Both the position numbers and the translations under genes were made by a program. The notes beneath the pieces are model-generated. The model had not been told where the DNA came from, made no database searches, and saw only the letters and a program-made list of their open reading frames with translations. From the NCBI GenBank assembly GCA_905331295.1, contig CAJNYD010000557.1, positions 1 to 64,000 of the forward strand: 64,000 bases of DNA. The letters are read 5' to 3'. This DNA comes from Rotaria socialis. Taxonomy: Eukaryota. Each line of letters opens with the position of its first letter. The stretch's first letter is position 1. Below, in pieces: positions 10,677-23,400 of this stretch.

Positions 10677-13662
10677 TTATATTTGATTATGTTTCTTCAA
10701 GTTCTCCTGTATAGATGAATTCATGTACGATGTTTGAATAAATCCACTGTCTAATTCTTGATCATCACTATCGGCGTGTTCGTACCTTAAACGATCAAGT
10801 TGATTATCTGATTTCGATGTTATAACATTTTCAGTAGTTGTACGTAAATCTCGTCTTGAACGTCTCAACGATGTTTGCGATAGCGTTCGTCGTAACGATG
10901 TCCAAGACATGTTTCGTCGCCACGTCCATGTTTCATCATATTCTCGTATTTTATATTGTAAACCATTCAGTAATGCCATAACAAGAATGAGTAAAATAAT
11001 AAATACGCCAAGAATAATACCAATGATAAGGCCAATATTATCAAATAAACGCGAACGAATAATAAACGGCGATCGAAATAATGAATAATTAAATGAGCAT
11101 GAAAGATAATTTTTATCGTACAATTGATGTATTAAAAAATTATCAATTTCCAATGAATTTGATATCATTGAATGTGTCGTGGTATTATTACGTAGGTCCG
11201 TTAAAGATTCAAGTGTTGAATGGCATTCGGTTTCTTTTCGTTCAAAATCGCATTCATCCATTTTCTGAGCTGTTTCATGTCCGGACATTGAGCGTATGCA
11301 GGGAATTATTTGTCCATCTAGTTTGCCATGTTTATAAGCAGCAAGTAATGGACAATTACATATTGTTGTATTCGAATTCGAAAATAACCACGGTGGAAAA
11401 CGTGGAGCTTCATAGATAAGGCACGAATTATTTGAAATATAATTAAAATAAAACTGAGCTAATGATTGAATATTACTAAAACAAAATAAGAAAACAATAG
11501 CCAAGTCAATCGCTCAATTGCTTTTGAGGAAAAAAATTTCTTTTTTTTCTAAATCCAAAGTGAGCGTTAACCAAATCAGATGAATATTTTTCATTCTTAC
11601 TTTTCAATGAAAAGTTTATAACGTCACAATAAAACTCGAGAATTCAGAAATATAATTTTGGAGTACTCAATGCTCATGAATGATAATAAGATCTCAGCAT
11701 GAGATATTCTCAATACTGAATTTTATGCACCTACACTTTAAAAAATAATTAGTCGCATTTTTACAAAAAACAAGAAGCATAAGGGTCATTTTTTCAAACG
11801 TAACGAGACTTTGTTTTCTGCTTAATATAGCTTCTCATCTATCAAATGTCACCATATTTTGACAAAGCCACATCCGGCAACAGTGCTCATTATCGCAAGA
11901 GCTCCTTGCCCTATGTGCCCGAAGAAAAGTTAACACGCCAAAGCGAAAGTGTTTTTTTTTTAAAGAATCGATTGAATAAACATATATAGTTTTAGATTAC
12001 CAATAATTTTTCCAGGGATCATTTTTTCTCTTCGACCATTGCAGAGAAAGACTCGTAATCCTAACTAGCGGCATTTTCCGGTGAACATTTCCGGCTCGTA
12101 CACTAACAAGAGAATCAAAAACTTTTATGGTATTAAATAGCTCATGCGTTAGAATATCTGTAGCCTTTTTCTTGTTCTTGTCAAGGAATTAAAAAGTAGA
12201 TTTTCAATTAATGACCGTTTGAATTCTCACAATGATAAGTCATCTGTCGAGACAACGGAAGTCAAAACTGAAACATTAGTCACTGTCTGGGGGAAATTGA
12301 CGTTTTCTTTTTCTTTTAAATTTCCTAAGTATTTCACTTCACCGAGTCATTTCTATTGTTAAATTTTACTTACAGGAAATTTTTCTCAACAGCTTGAAAC
12401 CATTTAACATAAAAGACATAATCAAAATGAATGGTCATCTTTGTTTTAAGAAGATTGAAATTTAATAATGATAAGTCAACTAATGTTATATCTTTCAAGT
12501 AAATTTTAAAGGCTAAATAATTATTTTGAAGAGAATTTTGTTCAAATTTAACTACTGTTGTCGATGAAAAATTTAATAGGATTAAACCTGAATTTATCGA
12601 TGGAAATGATTCTTTTTCAAAATTTATGATTGGATTTGGATCGTTTATTGGATTATCCGAAAGAATAGTTAGTTGATTTTCTGTATGATTCAATGATAAA
12701 TTTGAAAATGCATTCGTAAAAAACGATAGACCACGAAGATTATTTAATGTAAACAGAATTCTTATATTTCGACTCTCGTGTATTTGATGTATATGTTCAA
12801 ATGTGTACGATTGAAAACATAAACATGTTGCTAGTGTGTGTATTGTAAAATTAAATACTGAATCCGTATCTAAAGACATATTTTGAAATGCATATGAATC
12901 CATAGTTAAACGTGTTAAAAATAATGTATAGAAACGAAATGAACTTGATGAATGTAATTGTAACGATTTAAATGAATACCGTTTTAAATTTATATGTGAT
13001 ATAAGTTCAAAATGAAATGATACAACTTGATTAGAATTAATATTTAATGAGGAAAATGAATGTGGCTCAAAGAGGATTGTATCTGTACGTGATATTATAA
13101 AATCAATCGATGTCGATAGATCATTTTGATCGAAAATGTTATTTTGAAAGATAATTTGAGTTACAGACGATATGTCAATAATTAAACGTGAATGTTTACT
13201 CATTTTAATACCGGATAATGAATTTTTATGAAATGTACAACCATAGAAAAATTTAATAATTAGACGTAACGTTGAATGCGGCTGAAGATCAAGACCATTG
13301 AATGTATTTTCCGTTATGTTCAACCATGAATTTGGTGCTGCAAATGTTATTGTTAAAGTTCTATTTGGTTTTCGGACAACAAGCGATTGAAATGCATACG
13401 GTTGAAAATTTAGCTTTAGTTGTCCATTCAATATCATATTTGTATCGCGCGAGCCTAAATTAAAATTCGCAAATGATTGTGCTGGAATTTCAGTTAATTG
13501 TGTTAATATAATATCACGGTAGGATAAACAATCATAACAATTCAACGGAATATAATCGAATACACGTGGTTCATAATCGTTTTGATAGAATGTTGTTGAT
13601 TTAGCAACAAAAATTAATGCGGACAGTAGCAAGCAAACGCTACTGTCAAGAATATAAATCAT
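10677..13662 (-). CDS. Single-pass membrane protein with degenerate leucine-rich-repeat ectodomain (~695 aa, 2 exons: 13662-12374, 11475-10677)
   Basis: N-terminal signal peptide. Repeated xxAF/SFxxLxL units, Cys cap ICNCPLL, TM IGLIIGIILGVFIILLILVMALL and a Ser/Arg-rich tail. The GT-AG intron 12373-11476 joins the two ORFs in frame. Confidence 0.8.
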
Positions 13663-14014
13663 GTCATCGATTCATTGATGAATAATGAGAAATTCTAAAT
13701 GAAATAGAAATCAATCGTAGTCTCAGTCGTATTAGAACAAAAAAAAACAAATGCGCTTAATCAAGACTGCTACTTCTTTTACATGTTCCATCTTGCCGCT
13801 AACTGAAAAGGTTCGATTCATGTCAGATTTCTCAAGTGTAGCACATACTAGTTTTTTTCCTCGCTATTTAGAATTCTGATTAATTCTCTACATAAAATAC
13901 TGAAACATAGAATACTGAAAATATTGCATGATACTGTCAAAAAGTTCATTCAGTGCCAATAGACTGTGTTTCTCTTCTAACCATCAACACTAAAAATACT
14001 TATAAAAAGAAAAC

Positions 14015-14054
<40 letters not shown>

Positions 14055-16374
14055 CTTTTTTCTCCTCTATTCACTTGCTCGATAGCAAAAAATCTTGATA
14101 GGTTCTAATTTTTATTGCTCGTACTCCCTTCTTTACGTTCATTATTAATTTCCTGCAGTGAATGTATGTGTGTTAAGCTTTTCTTCGCTGGCTTTCTCTC
14201 TTGTCATTCACCTATTCAATTTTTTTCTCTGAAGTCTTAGCATAAAAGAACGAAAAAGGAAAAAAAGAAAAGAAACAGGAAAACAAGAAGAAACTAACCA
14301 TGATCATCTCGGAAACGCGAATAATAATAAAAAAAGAAGATAACACAAAGAAAATGACTAAATCAAATTAACTTGAATTCCATTGTCTTTTTGCACACAC
14401 ATATATATTGCTGTTTGTATAGTGGTAATAATAAACTAATTGATCAAGCTATGAGATTCTATTCTGTTGTCTCTTTATTCTTATGCATCAAAAAAAGAAA
14501 ACTATAGAGATACTAATCCATATAACTCCCAGACTCATTGATCTCCCAAGCGATTGTTTGTCAAAGAGAGAATGTTTCCAATGATGTAGAAGTGCTCATT
14601 AGATTAATATAGAAATACCAAACTAAATAAACATATCTTTCTGTTATTATTGTTCACATTCATAAGGTGCATAATTAGACCTTTTATTTTCGTTGAACCA
14701 AATATTAGATAAACAGATACTACTTCTTAATAATGTTTGGTTCATTTCAATCATTGTATTACATGACTGTACAATACACTCGAAATCTTCTTGGGAAGAT
14801 TTTCTATTGATTATTTTCTTTTTCTTTTTCTTCTTCTTTCTCTTTTTCTGTTACTATTCTCATATGAATCTCATGTTACGTCTAAAATTCAGGTCTTTTT
14901 GCTTTATGAGTTTATGATTTATGAAAGAACGAGAAAATTACGATGGCATACTGAGACTAAACTGTAAGAATACACCATTAGCAACTCCTACTCTTTCCTA
15001 TGTCGCCCAATACTTTTCTGTCTCTAATTGCACAACACGGTCGGGATTCATTTTCCTGCATCATACAAATCTTAAAATTTGCCCTGTATATTTATATTTT
15101 TAAATAAAAAAAACAAAAACCTTATCGCCAATTGATCAGTAAATAGAAAGGCAAACGCGGTTTACTCTTAGGAGAAAAAAGTAAGAATGAGTACACGCTC
15201 ATTCTGAACGATAAACATCTCAAGTCATTGAAAGAAATAGTCACTTATGATTATCATTTTAAAAAGACAATTGAAACACGATAGAATCATTACATTTTAA
15301 ATTTCTACCAATGAAATATACCTCTATTAAAATAATTAGTTTCACTCACGTAATCATTCTTTCTTTTTGCGCTCATTTAACGAACGGAGAAGAAAAAAAT
15401 TTGTTTCGTCTGCTTTTCTATCAACTAGAGAAACATGTTCTCATTCATTAGCGAGTGAACAGTGCTTCAGATAAGACACAAACACTTGCCCGCTCGTGCG
15501 TCCTTATTCAGTCAGTCAGATAAGGAGAGTGAATAGTAAGATGGTCATTTCTTACTCACAAACAGCAAATAATAGAATGTATGAACTTGCCTCCGAGCTA
15601 TCCCAATGAACGCATCAAGCCGGAGCTATATGCGCATGCATTAGTATTTACAAGATAAAAGAAAAAAAAACGGGAGAAAGAGAGAGAGAGAGAGAGAGGG
15701 AGTATGTCTGCCATGATGTATGTATATATATATACATCTATACAATGCAAGCTGTCGAGCAATTATCCATGAAACACAAATCGTCCATGTTACTAATACT
15801 TCTCGTATAATTTTACTGTAAGGCTATAATGACGATGTGTCGAAAGCAAACGAATGATTCATCGAGACAGCTCGCAGTCATTTAGATTTGTATGTTATTA
15901 TTAGAACGCAGACTAGTGAATTGTTTATAGAAAAACTCAATGCATAATCGTAATCAACGAATGTTAAACATCAAACAACAGAAAGCAACGACATAACGGA
16001 AACGATCCGTTTGGATTTTTGCACCTGGATCAATATAAAAAATGACTCATTAAACTAGAATTCTTAGCAAATGTTCTATGTTGAAGTTATCATTTGTTTA
16101 TTTGTTTTCTTTTCTTCATTCTGGGAAAGCGAAAACGGCTAGTTCAATCATGCGATTAAGTGTTATTTGTATGAGAAAGGATAATATATATGTATATAAA
16201 GTGAGAGAATGCTCGTTTGTGGTCTCCTTGGCTTATACACCTAACATTTATTATCGAGAAAAATTCTCATGAGCAGTTGATTGCAAAGAAAAGATAATGT
16301 TCGTTTATTCTATTCTATTTTTTCTCTTTCCTCCCTTTTTAAACGAAAATGTTTTTCTTCTCATTCATAAAAAA

Positions 16375-16683
16375 ATGATCTTTGATTATCATCAATTCGC
16401 TCGTCGTATATTTCACACTATTCTTTATAATCAAGATATTTCGAATATTGAAATTCTTCTATTAAAATCGTTCCATCGTCTCAATCTTAATTATTTCGAA
16501 TACAATGGTCAATCATTACTTCATCTATGTTGTCTTTATAATCGTTTGGATTTACTGAAATTTCTTGTCGAATTTGGCCATTGTGATATATCAATCATGA
16601 ATCGTGATGGTTGGCTTCCCGTACATATTGCTTCTTATCTCGGATACATGGATATTGTACTATATCTATTAGAATGCCATTAG
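16375..16683 (+). CDS. NRARP: Notch-regulated ankyrin repeat protein-like (copy 2, 102 aa)
   Basis: MIFDYHQFARRIF...NGQSLLHLCCLYNRLDLLKFLVEFGHCDISIMNRDGWLPVHIASYLGYMDIVLYLLECH. Clear paralog of 9561-9881. Confidence 0.75.
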   Translation: MIFDYHQFARRIFHTILYNQDISNIEILLLKSFHRLNLNYFEYNGQSLLHLCCLYNRLDLLKFLVEFGHCDISIMNRDGWLPVHIASYLGYMDIVLYLLECH

Positions 16684-17474
16684 ATTCAACGACGGTAATA
16701 GAACCTTGAAGATTGGTCTATGCGGAAGAAAAATATCATACACGATTCACAACTTTCCGCCATTGCGCATTTTAATTTAGATGTCAAGGTTTCACACTTA
16801 ATAATGCAATAGACGAAAAAGCTATTTTGATCATCCAATGTGGGATTAGTGAAGAACCTTCAGTGGTATCTATGTTCGCACCTTTTCTCATCCAAGCTAT
16901 GTGGGAAAAAACTTTGCCATTGAACTTTTTCTGTCAGCTAACATATCTATCTGTGTGTATTGATAAATTTTTGTTCATAATGTAAATGATAATGTTAGAA
17001 ATGAATTTTTGTGAGTGAATATTTTCTCGGTGATGTGTGGGAAATTTGAAGACTTAAATAAATATTTCTACTTGTTCCCATCGTTAATAATTATAGATGT
17101 CATTATCACATTTTTATTCTTGATCTTAAATCTGAATTATTATACTTAATTGACTGTTCATTCAATTGACTCGATTTAAGTCTATTAGAAAAGTATATTC
17201 GTCATGACTATGCGCGTGTGAATGTGAACAAGTTATTGTTGATTACACATTTTTACCCATCGGCAATGAAAGCGTTGAGATCAATTGAGTAGAATATGAG
17301 AATAGTTTAGATGGATAAAAGAAAGGAAATTGTGCGTGTGTGCGAAAATACTAATTTTGTTGTGTCTTTGTTTTTATTTTTTTAATTTTATATTTAAATC
17401 TTTATAAATAGAAAAATGAACAAAAAAACATTTAATAATAATAATAATAATAATAAACTAGTCAACAGATCTCT

Positions 17475-20400
17475 TCACACTCTCACCGGAAGAATATAAA
17501 ACTGGAATTTCGGTAAAATATTATGAGTTAAAAATAAACGCCAATCAACAAATTTCTGATGAGAATAATTATGTACAGTTATCGTTGATTGTTCATCGGG
17601 ATGTTTATCAGTTCTTGAGGATATTTTTATATGAGGTACTGGTGGTCGAATGAATGGTCGATTTGTTGATTTATTATTGTTCATCAATGTTGATGTACGT
17701 GGTTGTCCAATAGATAATGATTGATTGATTTGAAAGGATAATTGCTGAGACATCGAACGTAACCATGCTTGTCGTAGTTGTTTGATCCATTCGAGATCAA
17801 GTTTAACGGCATTGATTTCAGCTTTTTCTAAACTTAATTTCCAATCGAAATCATTCTAAATTAAAAAGAAAATCTTTTTCTAGAAGCTTTAATCTGTCTT
17901 CGGGTTACATGCACAAGTATAGAATGTTGCTTGAAGACAACTTCGTTTAACTATATTCATAGCTATAGCTCCAGATAAAAGGTCGGTCTGACATAGAAAA
18001 AAGTTCTGCTGAATGAGACTAGTCGAAGTCCAATAAACACGATTGTTGACGATCATTTAGATGCACGTATTCACAGTTTGGCAGACACTATATTACAATC
18101 ACATTTCTACTGTATTATAAACGATCGGATAATCGATTGTTAGACCTTTTGACGACAGTCATCAATTGTGCACATCACAGAAACATACAGTCAAAATGTT
18201 GCGCTCATTAAATGTCAATTTATGACAGTAAACAGTTTTTTCTATCTATCATACTAGGGTCGTGCTTTCTGCAATACAATTGGAAGTAATTGTCTATGGC
18301 AATGTTTTCTCAATTTGAGTAAACATATCGGCGCATTACATTTTTTTTTCTTAGAAGCAAACAATCAGACTAATTTTTGATTACTAGAGTTTCGATTCTA
18401 TCAATGAGTAAGTCTATCGAAAGCTGTTGTGTTAAGATATTAAGATTTCAAACGCACTCTAGTGAACGACTCAACTAAAAGGTTTATAGTTGAGATGATT
18501 CGTTAGTAAGAGAAAAGAAAACTTCAATAGTAATTTTAGTCATGACTTCAAAGGGACTGTCCCCGATTCGGTCCTTTTATTTTTCGGTCCCTATTACTTG
18601 ATTCTGATTTCGGTCTTTCTTCTGTTCAGCTATATTTCATAAAATAAAAACAAAAGGAGAATATCTATTTATTATCATCCTCATTGCTCATTGGTTAAAA
18701 AACTATAGCATAATCCAGCTTAAGCCAAACGATGTGTCAGAGACTATTGCTTAGACACATATTATATTAGAAAAATGCACAGCAAGTTGGAATTCACAAC
18801 CACTAATCGAAATGCACTTGTACTTAACTATCAAGGCTATCAATATACAATTAAAAGGCAATATTACGGTACCAACGAATGGCGGTACCGACAAAAGCCA
18901 TGTACAACTTCGTTATCATTATGTCAGGCTAACATATCCATGATTCACGAACCTAGTCATCATACCCAGGTCGAACATTCCGGCCACCAGATCCCGTAGG
19001 ATACGCCAGGGAATACGCGGGGAAAGTCACCATATCCTGTAGGAAAGCACGGGAAATCGCTGGAACATGGAAGCAGTATTCCGGTCAAAAATACGGCCGG
19101 ACTTTTCCGGCGGATTCCTGCCAAGTTCCGGTGTTTTCCGGCAGGAATTGATCGGAAATCACCGGAGAAAATGCGAAAAATTTTCAACCGGAATACTGCT
19201 TCCACAAAATCAACGGAACTACCCGGAGCCGGCCATTTCCAGGCCGAACTGTTCAACCTGGGTACCTGTATACAATCTTCGCTAAAAAAAGCTCGTTCTT
19301 GAGGAAGTAATATTTCGTATGAAAAAAAGAGCAGGCCAAGAAACTTTGCCAATCCCTCAAATATACTCACAAGAAATAATGAAATTTCGTGTCAATAATC
19401 ATGATATGAACACTGGTACATTTTTTCCATTGTTGGATAGTATTGATTCAAGTTTAGATTGTTACATAAAAATATGAACCACTATAATTGATTATATTAG
19501 GACCGAGATGAGAATCAAGTAATAGAGGGACCGAATTGAGGAAGGACTCAAGTGAGAGAACATCGAATGAGACCGAAAAGCAAAAAAGGACCGTTTCTAA
19601 CCGAATAGGGCCCTTCGAAGACTTCTTTTTAACATTGTCAATATTTACTTGACAGTTCAAGGAAAACTTACATCAATCGAATAGCCTTTGGTTCGTTTAT
19701 AATCATTAATAAGTCTATCGTAATACGCTTGATAAATAAAATATCTTGATCTATTCCATGGAATTAATTTATCATTGACATGATGTTCAATTGCGTGTAA
19801 TAGAAAATAATCTTTCGCTATCGTTTCTTCATCTTCTTTTGTATGATACCAATACAATAATTGTGTTTCAATTAGTTTCAATAGAGCACGTTTAAAACAA
19901 AAATCAATATTTGATAGATGCATTTGATCATATTTTATTTGATGTAGGGCTTGTTGAAAATGTATTTTTGACATATTTAATAAACCTAATCTTATATAAA
20001 TTTGTGCAAGTACACAATCACTATAAACAATTAATAGACTCCGTTGATTAGGCCCAGTAAGAAGTTTTTTACGATATTTTGTTATATTTTCAAGAAAATC
20101 AATTGTTATGGGCATCAGTTCGTAGCCAAGTTCAATAGCAACATCAATAACTAATATATAATACCATAGTTTTGCATAACAATTCATTGTTTGTTCACTT
20201 AAATATTCTAAATGTTGTAGAATCAATTCAATATTTGATATACGCATTTCACCAATAAGAGCTAATGTTAAATGTATACATGTTTCAATAAGAAATATAT
20301 TTTCATGATAACCCGTTAGTAGACGTTTAGCGAAATAACCTGATAGTATAGCTGATTCAAATGAGCCCTGTTTTAATTCAATAATTAATGATAAACTTTT

Positions 20401-23400
20401 TAATTTGCCTAATTCAAGTTTTTCACGTGGCGTTGTTTGTAACCACCAAAACGTAATCATTCTGTCAATGAGTGTTAGACATTGATTAAAATCCATTTGA
20501 CAATAAAAATATTCAATAAGTATGACGGTGCATGGAAGTGAAAATGATATTGGATATGTATAATATTCTAAATCAATTAGAGCATTCACTGATTCAATCG
20601 ATTGATCACGAGAAAGTTGATATTGAAGAAGGTGATACTGACATATTAAATATTCCAGGCGATATTTTTCAACAAAAATATACAATTGATCAGATTGCTA
20701 AATATATACGACGAAGAAAAATAAAGAATGTATTATATATCCGGTCAAGATGAGGCTCGGGCTAAGGAAAATATAGATCGATCGTTCGCTAATCAAGAAA
20801 ATTGACTATTTCTCTTTTTTTGTGTACTCAAAAAGTGAGTACACTCTAGAATCGGTCAGAGTGTCCTTCCGACCGTAGGCACGATAACTTTTGAAAGCCT
20901 CATCCAATTACTATGAAATCTTGTACACAGAATGATCTCATCAATATCTAGGTCGAGTTCGAAAATGAGAAGGATCCGTCAAGAAATGGCCGTTATCGAA
21001 AAAATTATCATTTTTGATCAGACCATCCCTGAGGGGGAGTACAGGGATTTTTTTCAAAAAATAAATCTTTCTCAGAATTATTCACAACATATATAAATCG
21101 ACTCAGTTTTTAACGCTGATTCCGAATCTGATATTAGTTTTGAACTAAACCGTAGCTTTCTGACGAAACATCGCCTGAAAAACGTCTCAAAATGGACAAA
21201 AACTGCATCCAGAAATCAAATTACCTAGTTTCTCATGATAATTTTGGTGTTTAGACATTCTAGAATGACTCATATGTCCCACGCACTTTTTGCAGTACAC
21301 ATAACTCTCGGATGAAATCTGAAGTTTTCACATTTATTTTTAGGTTACTTACTGATGTTTGCGAATTAGAACTTGTATTTGTACAGAAATCTTTTGTGTG
21401 TTCATATTGGGCTCGTCTTTCTTTTGCTGATGAACAATCCAACAGATCTGTATTGGATTTTAAATTTTCCCATAGTTGGTCTTGATCAATATTCTTTAGT
21501 TCTTTTAGACTTTGGTCACATAATAATTTTGCATCAAATATTGATCTTGTACGTTGTAAAACGCTAGCTTCAAGAAGATTATATGTGTATTTAGTAAGAA
21601 TATATTGATATTGATAAAAATAATCATCTTTATTAATAATTTCATTCTGAAATTGATCAAAAAATTTTCGTCCATTTTCAATTTCAACTAATAAACGTTG
21701 TAATGAATTTAAACTTAATAATAATTGGCAAATTTCTATACGATAATAATTAATTTGATCGAATTGTTTACGTCGTAAATAGTCGCGTTTATCATCGACT
21801 AATTTTTCATACATATTGTAGAGATTTGTATGATATTCAACTAATTTAGCATAAATCGTTAAAACATAATCCGCACATTGACATATACGTAAATCATTAT
21901 AATTTGTGAATTCATTGGCGTATTTATTTAAATTAGGCTCGTCTTGTTCTTTGTGTTTTGTTTCATAAACATATTCGATTAGATTTTTATATTGAACATA
22001 GGATTGAAATACATGAAATAGAAGTGATTGATCGTAAAGATTTTGAAACGTTTGTATACGATAAATCTGTTGATTTAAACAAGCAAGATCTTGCAGAACG
22101 TGTGCCATGGATTCGGATGAAAACATTGGCTTTTCAAGTAGTTCTTTATCAGTTGGGCAACCTTGGAGTACGCGATTCGGGGAAGGTATTAATGCTTGAC
22201 GGACTTTTCGCCAATGAGATGCATGTTGTTGTGAACTTTCATTTTTCTAAATTTGATCGGTAAATTTTATAAGAAAAGTCAACAAAACCGAATCGCTTAG
22301 TTCTTAGATTGATTCATACTTTTCTCCTCAGCCCCGTAAATTACACATCTTGACAATTTCCTGTCAGAGGTGTCTACTGGTTTAGAAGAACAATTTTCAT
22401 GTTCATGTTTAAGTTGGAGGTTCTAGCTTTCATCGACAAATAAACTCACGAGAAAAAAAATCAAAAGTCCCGTGTTAGCACTATGCACGGAAATTCGTTT
22501 ATAAAAATCTTCCGTATTCAAAATATTTCTACTCGAGAAATTCGATTATAAATCTTACAATTTTACCTGCGAGAGACTATTTAATGTTGCCGGTTTCTGA
22601 ATATCCGGTATCGGAGCGTCATTCAGACTCTTGGCTGATTGCCTTTTAAAATCGATAGCTGCTACGGATGACTTTGATTGTGCTGGTGTAACTTGACAGA
22701 AAATGCATCGAAAGAATGATCTAAAGCGATGAATTTTCTTGCTTTTCATTTTGTGTGTTTGTTGTACGATTGCTTCATTTTCATTCGATTTATTTGTCAT
22801 TATCGAACCGTTCATTGTTTTCAATAGGGAAACTTTCGATAACGATGTATGCATTCGACGTTGTTTCGATAATTTAAAAATAGTAAAAATATGGCTCGAA
22901 GGTGCCGATGTCAATGATGATGATCGTTGAATGTCGATTTCCATCGATGTTGGGATAGATTCAGATTGATTGTTTTTAAATGGATAAAAACTAACTAAAG
23001 TTGAATTTGAATCCTCTAACGTATGATGTATTGAATGGTTCATTTTAGTTTCAATATCATCTTCAGCCAGCATCAAAAATGGAGATTGAGAACGTCTCCC
23101 ATGTTGAAAGCCAAATCCACTTACATCATAACTATTACGACGTTTTTCCTGAGTTTTGTTAGAACTATAATATAAATTTACAGAAACAAAAACTTGTTTT
23201 AAAATACAACTTAGAACAGTGTTGCATTTGTAACCGTCCTGCTATTTTCTATTTAAAATTATTGTAATGCGATCATGGTTCTACCAGTTCAGGTAACACG
23301 TAAAACAGTGAAACATGAAGCTCTGTCTTAAAATTTGAATATCTTCTCAAATCAGAAATAGACTGATCGCCAATGGTATGATTATAGCCTCAAGAGAAAA

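Noticed and set aside
18960..19370. ORFs 18960-19370 (-) and 19067-19285 (+)
   Set aside because: They arise from the GC-rich MITE and show no protein motifs.
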